Shown here: in pieces, positions 9,874 to 18,166 of the stretch
How the letters are laid out: each line of letters opens with the position of its first letter
How positions within the stretch are numbered: the first letter of the stretch is position 1
Assembly (NCBI GenBank): GCA_027064425.1
Contig: JAMOPO010000015.1
Location: forward strand, 64,001-128,000
Length of the DNA: 64,000 nucleotides
Source: Methanobacteriota archaeon
Lineage (GTDB): Archaea > JAADCQ01 > Methanopyri > Methanopyrales > Methanopyraceae
Direction: 5' to 3'
Program-made: the position numbers and the translations under genes
Notes under the pieces: generated by a model
Told to the model about the DNA's origin: nothing
The model's input: the letters and a program-made list of their open reading frames with translations, nothing else
The model's database searches: none

Positions 9874-10661
9874 TCGGCAGGTACGAGCTCCTCGGCGCCC
9901 TGTTCCCACCCTTGTTCTTCCTGTTCATCGTGTTCCCGCTGGTGGTCCTGGCGCTGAACTTGACCCCGCAGGGGCTCGCGCAGGCGCTCGGTGACCCGTA
10001 CTTTTGGTCCGCCACGTTCAACACCATCCTGTGCGCCGTCGCGGCCGCGGTAATGGGCGTGGTGATCGCGGTGGGCTTCGGTTACTACCACCTGTTTAAG
10101 CGGGACTCGGTGATTTACCGGGTCGCCGACTTCCTCAACGACTTGCCCATCGCGCTGCCGCACACCGTTGCGGGACTCGCGCTGCTGCTCGCGTTCGGTC
10201 GACGGTACTTCTGGTGGCTGGGCGAGAACGGACTCGCGTTCACGCTCGTCGCCGTCACGCTCGCGATGCTCTTCGTGTCGTACCCGCTGGCCGCCCGAGC
10301 GGTGCAGGCGGGCCTTGAGGAGGTGGGGAGAGATCTCGTAGAGGTCGCCAGGACCCTGGGGGACTCCCCGGCGCAGGCCTACGCCAGGGTCGTCATCCCG
10401 GCGCTCCGGGAGGCCTTACTGGGCGGGTTCCTCCTCGGGTTCTCACGGTCGCTCAGCGAGTTCGCCGCCGTGATCATGTTCGGTGGAAACCTGCCCGGAA
10501 GGACCCAGGTGCTGGCCTCCTACGTGTTCACCCGGGTCGAGGCGGGCGACCTGGAGGCGGCCGTCGCGGCCAGCGTCTTCTGCATGGTACTCTCGCTGGT
10601 CATGGTGGCGCTGACACGCTCGCTGACCGGGGCCGGGGGACTCCGACGTGCTCAAGGTTGA
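9870..10661 (+). CDS. modB: Molybdate/tungstate ABC permease
   Basis: TTG overlapping modA stop; DLPIALPHTVAG, EAA loop VARTLG, RSLSEFAAVIMFGGN. Confidence 0.9.
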   Translation: MIGRYELLGALFPPLFFLFIVFPLVVLALNLTPQGLAQALGDPYFWSATFNTILCAVAAAVMGVVIAVGFGYYHLFKRDSVIYRVADFLNDLPIALPHTVAGLALLLAFGRRYFWWLGENGLAFTLVAVTLAMLFVSYPLAARAVQAGLEEVGRDLVEVARTLGDSPAQAYARVVIPALREALLGGFLLGFSRSLSEFAAVIMFGGNLPGRTQVLASYVFTRVEAGDLEAAVAASVFCMVLSLVMVALTRSLTGAGGLRRAQG

Positions 10662-11337
10662 GAACGTGCACTTCTCCTACGGCGACAGACCCGTCCTGCG
10701 CGGCGTGAGCCTGAGCGTTGAACCGGGCGAGGTGCGCGTGATCTTCGGTCCTAACGGCAGCGGCAAGTCCACGCTGCTGAGGGTCGTGGCCGGGATACTG
10801 CGGCCCGACCGGGGCCGGATCGTCATCGACGGGGAGGACGTCACCGACCGGCCACCCGAGGACCGTCGGGTCGGCTACGTCCCGCAGCGCCCGACACTGT
10901 TCCCGCACCTCACGGTGCGGGGTAACATCACCTACTCTTTAAGGAACGGTCGGGGGGACCCGGATCGACTGGACGAGCTCGTCAAGCTGCTGGGACTCGA
11001 GGAACACCTCGACCGGCGCCCGGACGAGCTCAGCGGTGGCTATCAGAGCCGCGTGGCGCTGGCCCGAGCGCTCTTCTCCGACCCCCGGGTGCTGCTTCTG
11101 GACGAGCCGCTCAGCGACGTCGATCCCGCCGCGAAGCGGGACCTGGTGAGGCGGTTTCGAGAGGTCCTTGACCGGGCGGGCGTGCCCACGCTCTACGTGA
11201 CGCACGACCCGTGGGAGGCGGAGTGCGTCGGTGACTCTTATACGGTGTTGCTGGGCGGCAGGGCGGTCGACGTCGACACCGTTGACGAGGCGATCGAACG
11301 GCTCAAGCGGGGCGCAGGCCTTGGGGAAGGGGCGTAA
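10648..11337 (+). CDS. modC: Molybdate/tungstate ABC ATPase
   Basis: GPNGSGKST, LSGG, LLLDEP, VTHD. Confidence 0.9.
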   Translation: MLKVENVHFSYGDRPVLRGVSLSVEPGEVRVIFGPNGSGKSTLLRVVAGILRPDRGRIVIDGEDVTDRPPEDRRVGYVPQRPTLFPHLTVRGNITYSLRNGRGDPDRLDELVKLLGLEEHLDRRPDELSGGYQSRVALARALFSDPRVLLLDEPLSDVDPAAKRDLVRRFREVLDRAGVPTLYVTHDPWEAECVGDSYTVLLGGRAVDVDTVDEAIERLKRGAGLGEGA

Positions 11338-12580
11338 GTACCGCGGGTTCGTCTACACCGACGACCTCACCCACCCGGCGAAGTTCCTCGAGTTCCTCCG
11401 CGAGCGCGTCGAGCCGCCGGAAGTCGAGGAGCTGGAAGTGGGGCCCGAGGTCGCCGGGCGCGTCCTGGCAGAGGACGTCCGGGCCGAGCGTCCCTCCCCG
11501 CCGTTCACTCGGTCCGCCATGGACGGGTACGCCGTCCGGGCCGAGGACGCGGAGCCCGGGGCCCGGCTGAAGGTGGTGGGGGAGTCCCGGATCGGCGAGG
11601 AGAGCGGGGTCAAGGTCGGGCCCGGGGAGGCGGCGTACGTGGACACCGGCGCCCGCGTTCCCGAGGGCGCCGACGCGGTCGTGCCGGTGGAGTTCGTGGA
11701 GCGTGACGGGGACGAGATCGTCATCAAGGAGGGGGTGGAACCGGGCGACAACCTGGATCGGCGGGGCTGCTACGTCGAGGAGGGTGAGATCCTGTACCCG
11801 GCCGGCCACGTGGTGGAGCCCGTGGACGTGGGCGTCATGCTGGAGCACGGGGTTGAGGAGGTCCGGGTCCGTCGCCCGCTGCGCGTCTCGGTGATCATCA
11901 CCGGGAGCGAGCTCGTGGAGCGGCCCTCGGAGCTCGAGTCTGAGACCCAGGTGGTTGAGTCGATCGGGCCCGTACTCGAGGCGGAGCTGGCCAGGCTGGG
12001 CTTCACCAAGCTCCTGGACCGGAGGCTCGTGGAGGACGACCCGGGGGAGATCGAGCGCGCGATCGTCGACGCCGCGGCCGAGTCCGACGTGCTGATCGTC
12101 ACCGGCGGGTCCTCCGTGGGCGAGCGGGACTACGTCAAGGAGATCCTCGAGGACGTGTTCGAGGACTTCATTCACGGGATCCGGGCCCGGCCCGGCCGTC
12201 CGTTCGGCGTGGCGCTCCGCGAGGACGCCGTGGCGTTCACCCTTCCGGGCTGGCCCACGTCGGCCTACACGACCTTCCGCGTGTGGGTGACCCCGTGCCT
12301 GCTCGCCCTGGCGGGCGCGGATCCGGAGGTTCTCGGCCTTGAGCTGCCGTGCGAGGAGGTCAGGGGTAAGAGGGCCCTGGGCGTGATCGCCCGGGTCAAG
12401 CTGGAGGATGGTCGGGCACGCGGGCTCCCGAGGGACCGCTCCAGCCATTACGCCCTCTTCCGTGAGACCGACGCCCTGGCCGTGCTCCCGCCGGGCGAGG
12501 AGGAGCGCGCGCTGATTCTGCCGCTGAGGCGCCGCGTGAACCCCTTCGAGTGGGTGGAGCGACGCTCAGGCGGCGACTGA
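11321..12580 (+). CDS. moeA: Molybdopterin molybdo/tungstotransferase MoeA
   Basis: GRVLAED, SAMDGYA, TGARVPEGADAVV, TGSEL, TGGSSVG, RPGRP, LPGWP; TTG start inferred. Confidence 0.9.
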   Translation: MGKGRKYRGFVYTDDLTHPAKFLEFLRERVEPPEVEELEVGPEVAGRVLAEDVRAERPSPPFTRSAMDGYAVRAEDAEPGARLKVVGESRIGEESGVKVGPGEAAYVDTGARVPEGADAVVPVEFVERDGDEIVIKEGVEPGDNLDRRGCYVEEGEILYPAGHVVEPVDVGVMLEHGVEEVRVRRPLRVSVIITGSELVERPSELESETQVVESIGPVLEAELARLGFTKLLDRRLVEDDPGEIERAIVDAAAESDVLIVTGGSSVGERDYVKEILEDVFEDFIHGIRARPGRPFGVALREDAVAFTLPGWPTSAYTTFRVWVTPCLLALAGADPEVLGLELPCEEVRGKRALGVIARVKLEDGRARGLPRDRSSHYALFRETDALAVLPPGEEERALILPLRRRVNPFEWVERRSGGD

Positions 12581-12619
12581 GTGTCCACTGCGCATCAACG
12601 GCCCCCGGCCGCCCTCGCC

Positions 12620-12626
12620 TTTTTAT
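12620..12626 (+). promoter_or_regulatory. TATA-like box upstream of fwd operon
   Basis: TTTTTAT in GC-rich intergenic region about 40 bp before fwdG start. Confidence 0.5.
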
Positions 12627-12662
12627 CGAGCATCCCGCGGGGCTCCGTAGGGAGCGGCGGGA

Positions 12663-12899
12663 TTGGTCGAGATCAAGGTCCACGAGGACCGATGCCACGG
12701 GTGCGGTAACTGCGTCGTCGCCTGCCCCGTCAACGCCAGGAACTCGCCGAACGCGTGGGGAGGGAAGGGGCCGGAGGAGGACGACGTCGTCATCAAGGTG
12801 GTGAACGGGGTGGTGAAGGTCGTAAACGAGGACCTGTGCGAGGCCTGCCTCACCTGCGAGCTCGCCTGTCCCGTCGACGCCATCGAGGTCCGGCCCTGA
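12663..12899 (+). CDS. fwdG: Formylmethanofuran dehydrogenase ferredoxin subunit G
   Basis: CHGCGNCVVACPVN and CEACLTCELACP 4Fe-4S motifs. Confidence 0.9.
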   Translation: MVEIKVHEDRCHGCGNCVVACPVNARNSPNAWGGKGPEEDDVVIKVVNGVVKVVNEDLCEACLTCELACPVDAIEVRP

Positions 12900-12913
12900 C
12901 GGGGGTGCCCGGG

Positions 12914-13312
12914 TTGGCCGAGTTCACTCTCATCACCGGCCGAACCATCTGGCAGGGGGAGGCTATCGAGACGGGCAAGGACGAGGAGATTTACCCCGAG
13001 GCCGTCGCGGTCTGCTACTTCAACCCGGCCGACATGGAGGAGCTCGGCATCCGGGATGGCGACCCCGTCAGGGTCAGGTCCGAGCACGGAGAGGTCGTCG
13101 TGAGGGCTCGCGCGGCCGAGACCGACGTCCCGCCCCGCGGGGTCGTGTTCATCCCGATGGGCCCGTGGGCGAACCGGGTGGTGGACCCGGACACCGCCAG
13201 CACCGGAATGCCGGGGTTCAAGGGCGTCAAGGTCGAGGTGGAACCCACGGATGAGGAGCCTGTCGAGGACATGTCCGAGCTGATGCGCAAGGAGTACCTG
13301 AAGGAAGAGTAG
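12914..13312 (+). CDS. fwdD: Formylmethanofuran dehydrogenase subunit D
   Basis: ITGRTIWQG, VFIPMGPWAN, TGMPGFKG; start TTG 12914 (or GTG 12905). Confidence 0.92.
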   Translation: MAEFTLITGRTIWQGEAIETGKDEEIYPEAVAVCYFNPADMEELGIRDGDPVRVRSEHGEVVVRARAAETDVPPRGVVFIPMGPWANRVVDPDTASTGMPGFKGVKVEVEPTDEEPVEDMSELMRKEYLKEE

Positions 13313-13374
13313 CCCTCACGCTCACCCTCTGGCGCTCGAGCTCGCCCTCTACAGCGGGAAGGGGGTGAGAACGA

Positions 13375-14679
13375 GTGGGGGACAGGGAGGTAGTCAAGGA
13401 CGTGGTGTGCCCGTTCTGAGGGACGCTGTGCGACGACCTAGAGGTGGTCGTGGAGGACGGTAAGATCGTCGAGGTGCGGCACGCGTGCAGGATCGGTGCG
13501 GCGAAGTTCCTCAGCGCGCAGGAGGAGGACCGGCCGACGGAGCCGATGATCCGGGAGAACGGTGAGTGGAAGAAGGTCGACTACGAGGACGCCGCCGAGG
13601 AGACCGCTCGGATCCTCGTCGAGGCCAAGCTGCCGATCCTGTACGGCTGGTCCGCCACGCTGGTTGAGGCGCACGAGAAGGGTATCGAGCTAGCGGAGCT
13701 CGTCGGTGGCGTCATCGACAACACCGCCTCGGTGTGACACGGCCCGTCGGTGCTGGCGCTCCAGGACGTGGGCGTGCCCAGCTGCACGCTGGGCGAGGTG
13801 AAGAACAGGGCGGACACGATCATCTACTGGGGCAGCAACCCGATGCACGCTCACCCGCGGCACATGAGCCGGTACACCACGTTCGCGCGCGGGTACTTCC
13901 GGCCGAAGGGTCGCCAGGACCGCACGATCATCGTCGTGGACCCGCGGAAGACCGCGACCGCCCGGCTAGCGGACGTGTACATCCAGGTGCGGCCGCACGA
14001 GGACTACGAGCTGATCAGCGCGCTCCGCGCGGCGGTGCACGGGGTCGAGATCGAGCGGGAGGAGGTCGCCGGCGTCCCGGTAGAGAAGATCTACGAGGTC
14101 GCGGACCTGCTCAAGGAGGCGAGCTTCGGCACGCTGTTCTGGGCCATGGGCCTGACGATGTCCCGCGGTAGGCACCGGAACATCGACAACGCGATCTGCC
14201 TGGTCCGGGACCTAAACGAGCACACCAAGTGGGTCCTAATCATGATGCGCGGGCACTACAACGTGACAGGGTTCAACGAGGTGCTCGCGTGGACCACGGG
14301 CTACCCGTACGCCGTGGACTTCACCCGCGGGTACCCGCGGTACAACCCGGGCGAGACCAGCACCGTGGACCTGCTGACCCGCGGCGAGGCGGACGCGATG
14401 ATGGTGGTCGCCAGCGACCCGGGCGCGCACTTCCCGCAGAAGGCGGTGGAGCGGATGGCCGAGATCCCGCTGGTGTGCGTGGACCCGCACTGGACGCCGA
14501 CGGCCGAGCTCGCGGACGTGTACGTGCCCACGGCGATCGCCGGCATCGAGTGGGAGGGCACCGCCTACCGCATGGATGCGGTACCCATCCGCATGCGCAA
14601 GGTCGTCGACCCGCCCGAGGGCCTGCTCAACGACGTCGAGTTCCTCGAGATGGTCATCGAGAAGGTCGAGGAGATGTAA
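13375..14679 (+). CDS. fwuB: Selenocysteine-containing formylmethanofuran dehydrogenase subunit B; 434 aa with in-frame TGA at 13417-13419 (codon 15) and 13735-13737 (codon 121)
   Basis: SD GGGGTGA then GTG; one continuous frame [21 protein letters not shown]...[15 protein letters not shown]...LGEVKNRAD...MRGHYNV...; SECIS hairpin downstream. Confidence 0.92.
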
Positions 14680-14712
14680 CGCCAAACCCCGGCACTCGGG
14701 GTCCCCGGGCCG

Positions 14713-14752
14713 CCCCGCGGGGCGAACCCCGCACCCGGGGAGCCCCGCGGGG
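14713..14752 (+). ncRNA. Archaeal SECIS element in fwuB 3' UTR
   Basis: CCCCGCGGGGC-GAA-CCCCG-CACC-CGGGG-A-GCCCCGCGGGG: 11-bp lower stem, GAA/A internal loop, GC upper stem. Confidence 0.88.
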
Positions 14753-14818
14753 TTAAGCGGGGGTAAGCCCCCCGCGGCCCGGGGCCCTCACCCCCTCCTC
14801 CCCTCAGGGGGTCCTCCG

Positions 14819-15145
14819 TTGGGGCGCGATCCCGAGCCCCGCTGCCCGTACTGCGGGTCCCCGTCCTGCGTCAACGAGTCCGCCCTGTCGCTGTTCCTCC
14901 GCGCCTCCGAGCGCATCGCGAGATACGTCGTGAAGGAGCGAGACAAGGTGGACGATGACGACCCCCTGTTCCGCCCCTCCTTCGGCGAGGTTGGCGTCTG
15001 CCGAGAGACCTCGCGCCGGATTTGGGCGTGCCCGTACTGCCGCTCCCTGATCCCCGAGCCGGAACCCGACGGGATGACCGCCCGGTGCCCCGAGTGCGGT
15101 CGCGAGGCCAACGTTGCCCCCTCACGCCGCAAGATCGTGTGCTGA
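14819..15145 (+). CDS. Cys-rich Zn-ribbon protein inside fwd operon
   Basis: CPYC, CPYC and CPEC motifs plus extra Cys; TTG start inferred. Confidence 0.7.
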   Translation: MGRDPEPRCPYCGSPSCVNESALSLFLRASERIARYVVKERDKVDDDDPLFRPSFGEVGVCRETSRRIWACPYCRSLIPEPEPDGMTARCPECGREANVAPSRRKIVC

Positions 15146-15154
15146 CGCGGGGGG

Positions 15155-16903
15155 ATGCCCTTGGCCAAAGAGCTCCTGATCAAGAACGCGTGCGTGTACG
15201 ACCCGCTCAACGGTATTGAGGGCGAGGTGATGGACCTGGGCGTGAAGGATGGCAAGATCGTGGACCCGTCCGAGGTGGACGAGTCGAAGGCGAAGGTCAT
15301 CGACGCGGAAGGACGCCTGACCATGGCCGGTGGGGTCGACATTCACGCGCACGTGGCCGGGCCCAAGGTGAACGTCGGCCGCATCTTCCGCCCGGAGGAC
15401 AGCCGCCGGCTGCAGGTGGCGCTCAAGAAGCTCGGTCCCCGGTCCGGCTCCGGCTTCTCCGTCCCGTCCACGACGCTGACGGGCTACATGTACGCGCAGA
15501 TGGGCTACACGACCGTGATGGAGGCCGCGACCCCGCCCCTAATGACGCGGCACACGCACGAGGAGATCCGGGACACGCCCATCCTGGACCAGAGCGCCTA
15601 CACTCTGATGGGTAACAACTGGATCCTGTACGAGTACATCCGGGAGGGAGAGCTGGAGAAGGCGGCCGCGTTCGCGGCCTGGCTGCTGCGGGCGACGAAG
15701 GGCTTCGTGATCAAGATGGTCAACCCCGGCGGCACGGAGGCGTGGGGCTGGGGTAAGAACGTCCACAGCCTGGACGACGAGGTCCCGTACTTCGGCCTGA
15801 CGCCGGCGGAGATCTACCAGAACTACGTCAAGATCAACGAGCTGCTGGGCCTACCGCACTCCATCCACATCCACCCGAACCTGCTGGGCGAGCCCGGCAA
15901 CTACGAGATCACCCTGGGCACGTGGGACGCGGTCCGTGACGCGGGCGTCGATCCCGACCCGCAGCTGGGCGAGCGGGAGCAGATCGTGCACAGCACTCAC
16001 GTGCAGTTCCACGCGTACGGTGGTGACTCCTGGGCGACCTTCGAGTCCCGGGCGGAGGACATCGCGAAGTACCTGAACAAGCACGAGGAGGTCACGATCG
16101 ACCTGGGCGCCGTGACCCTCGACGAGACCACGACCATGACCGCGGACGGCCCGCTGGAGTGGGAGCTGCACGAGCTGACCGGCTTCAAGTGGGCGAACTG
16201 CGACGTCGAGGTCGAGACCGGCTCCGGCGTCGTCCCGTTCATTTACAGCCCGAAGAACCCCGTGCACTCCGTCCAGTGGGCCATCGGCCTCGAGATCGCC
16301 CTGCTGACCGAGAACCCGTGGCAGGTGGTCATCTCGACGGACCACCCCAACGCCGGCCCGTTCCACCGGTACCCGCGGGTCATCGCCTGGCTGATGAGCG
16401 AGCCGTACCGGGAGGAGTGGCTGGAGAGAGTGCACGACTGGGTCGGCCAGCGCGCGGTTCTGGGCACCATCGACCGAGAGTACACCTGGACGGAGGTGGC
16501 CATCACCACCCGGGCCGCGCCCGCCAAGATGCTGGGACTGTCCGATCGGATCGGGCACCTGGGCGAGGGCGCCTACGCGCACATCGCGATCTACGACATC
16601 AAGCCGGACGAGGTGGACCCGTCCCGGGACTACGCTGAGGTCGAGCGAGCCCTGGAGCAGGCTTGGCTGGTCGTGAAGGACGGCGAGATCGTCGTGCAGG
16701 ACGGCGTGGTGGTCAACGAGGTTACCGGTCGGACCTACTGGGTGGACGTGAAGGTGCCCGAGGACATCCTGGAGGAGGTGAAGAAGGACCTGGAGACCAA
16801 GTTCCGGCGCTACTACTCCGTGAACCTGGGCAACTACCAGGTGCAGGACGTGTACCTCCCGCGAGAGGAGCGGATCGTGATCGACGCCCGAGACCGCTTC
16901 TAG
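15155..16903 (+). CDS. fwdA: Formylmethanofuran dehydrogenase subunit A
   Basis: GGVDIHAHVAGPKVNVGR, KMVNPGG, STDHPNAGPF amidohydrolase motifs. Confidence 0.96.
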   Translation: MPLAKELLIKNACVYDPLNGIEGEVMDLGVKDGKIVDPSEVDESKAKVIDAEGRLTMAGGVDIHAHVAGPKVNVGRIFRPEDSRRLQVALKKLGPRSGSGFSVPSTTLTGYMYAQMGYTTVMEAATPPLMTRHTHEEIRDTPILDQSAYTLMGNNWILYEYIREGELEKAAAFAAWLLRATKGFVIKMVNPGGTEAWGWGKNVHSLDDEVPYFGLTPAEIYQNYVKINELLGLPHSIHIHPNLLGEPGNYEITLGTWDAVRDAGVDPDPQLGEREQIVHSTHVQFHAYGGDSWATFESRAEDIAKYLNKHEEVTIDLGAVTLDETTTMTADGPLEWELHELTGFKWANCDVEVETGSGVVPFIYSPKNPVHSVQWAIGLEIALLTENPWQVVISTDHPNAGPFHRYPRVIAWLMSEPYREEWLERVHDWVGQRAVLGTIDREYTWTEVAITTRAAPAKMLGLSDRIGHLGEGAYAHIAIYDIKPDEVDPSRDYAEVERALEQAWLVVKDGEIVVQDGVVVNEVTGRTYWVDVKVPEDILEEVKKDLETKFRRYYSVNLGNYQVQDVYLPREERIVIDARDRF

Positions 16904-16918
16904 CGGGGGAGCGACCCC

Positions 16919-17722
16919 GTGAGGGAGGTCATCCTGACGCCGAAGGAGCGGCCCGACGTACCGCTGGAGGCGGAGGTGATCACGCCGGACGAGTTCGCCG
17001 GCAGGGACCCCGAGGAGATCCTCGAACTCACCGTGTACGAGGGCAACCGAGAGCGCGAGCTGGGCGACTTCTTCGACCTAGAGGGCCGGCCCGGCGACTC
17101 GGCCGACGAGACCCGCATCGTCATCGACGGTGACGTCGACCACGTGAAGCTCATCGGCCACGAGATGAGCGGCGGAGAGATCATCGTCGAGGGCGACGTC
17201 GGCCGCCACGCCGGCGCCCAGATGGAGGGCGGCAGGCTCGTGGTCAAAGGTGACGCCGACGACTGGGTCGGGCGCGAGATGAAGGGCGGCGAGATCATCG
17301 TCAAGGGTGATGCGGGCAACTACGTCGGCGCGACCTACCGGGGCGAGTGGCGCGGTATGAGCGGTGGCCGGATCGTCGTCAAGGGCGACGCCGGCGACGA
17401 GATCGGCGAGTGGATGTCAGACGGCGAGATCGTCATCGAGGGCGACGCCGGCATCATGATCGGCATTCACATGCAGGGTGGTCAGATCATCGTCCGGGGC
17501 AGTTGCGGCGTCCGTCCGGGCGCGGAGATGGAGGCGGGTACTATCGTCGTGCAGGGTCGCGTCGAGGACATCCTCCCGACCTTCAAGTACCAGGGCACGG
17601 AGCGTGACCCGGTCGATGGAGTGTCCGGGGAGTTCCACCTGTTCAAGGGTGACTACTCCAACGGTCCCGACGTGAAGGGCAAGCTCTACGTGGACGCCGC
17701 GCTCAACGACGTCCCCGAGTAG
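16919..17722 (+). CDS. fwdC: Formylmethanofuran dehydrogenase subunit C
   Basis: Repeated MxGGxIxVxGDA beta-helix units; YRGEWRGMSGG. Confidence 0.95.
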   Translation: MREVILTPKERPDVPLEAEVITPDEFAGRDPEEILELTVYEGNRERELGDFFDLEGRPGDSADETRIVIDGDVDHVKLIGHEMSGGEIIVEGDVGRHAGAQMEGGRLVVKGDADDWVGREMKGGEIIVKGDAGNYVGATYRGEWRGMSGGRIVVKGDAGDEIGEWMSDGEIVIEGDAGIMIGIHMQGGQIIVRGSCGVRPGAEMEAGTIVVQGRVEDILPTFKYQGTERDPVDGVSGEFHLFKGDYSNGPDVKGKLYVDAALNDVPE

Positions 17723-17779
17723 GAACGCGGGTAGGGAACGCTTTTTCCTCCCCTCCAGGCGCTCCCCCCGGGGTCGCCC

Positions 17780-18079
17780 TTGAAGGAGCTCGAGATGTCC
17801 CCCGACGAGCTCTACCGCTACTTCCTCGAGCGCGTCGAGCAGGGCGACTACGTCGAGCTCAACTACGCCTTCGTGCACATTCCGGGCGAGGTCGTGCAGG
17901 TTACCGAGCGTCACCTGCACCTGTACGTCAAGTCCGACCTGGCCCCCGGCATCCGCCGGTACGACCTGCGCGAGATCTGCGAGATGATGCTGGAGATGGT
18001 TCACCGGCCCCGCGAGGGCCGACCGGTCAAGATCGTCGTGAAGGGTGGGTCCAAGTCCCCGCGCCTCGAGCTGCTCTAG
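17780..18079 (+). CDS. Small conserved methanogen protein (DUF2097-like)
   Basis: GDYVELNYAFVHIPGEV motif; coding-like codon use. Confidence 0.6.
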   Translation: MKELEMSPDELYRYFLERVEQGDYVELNYAFVHIPGEVVQVTERHLHLYVKSDLAPGIRRYDLREICEMMLEMVHRPREGRPVKIVVKGGSKSPRLELL

Positions 18080-18082
18080 TTC

Positions 18083-18139
18083 CGTTGAGGATAACTCAAC
18101 GCCGCCCGGCGACCCGCGGCCTATTTTTAGCGTGCTAAA
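18083..18139 (+). promoter_or_regulatory. Two palindromes/TATA upstream of secreted-protein gene
   Basis: CGTTGAG-GATAA-CTCAACG (18083-18101) and TTTAGC-GT-GCTAAA (18126-18139), the second overlapping a T-rich TATA-like run. Confidence 0.45.
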
Positions 18140-18166
18140 CTGGTTTTGTGGTGGGGTTAACCGGAG

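Noticed and set aside
12897-12899. fwdG TGA as a Sec codon
   Set aside because: Falls at the normal FwdG C-terminus; readthrough is out of frame with fwdD and not protein-like
13375-14679. fwdB as a pseudogene split into ORFs 13444-13737 and 13750-14679
   Set aside because: Both interruptions are TGA at conserved Cys/Sec positions, there is no frameshift, and a SECIS follows
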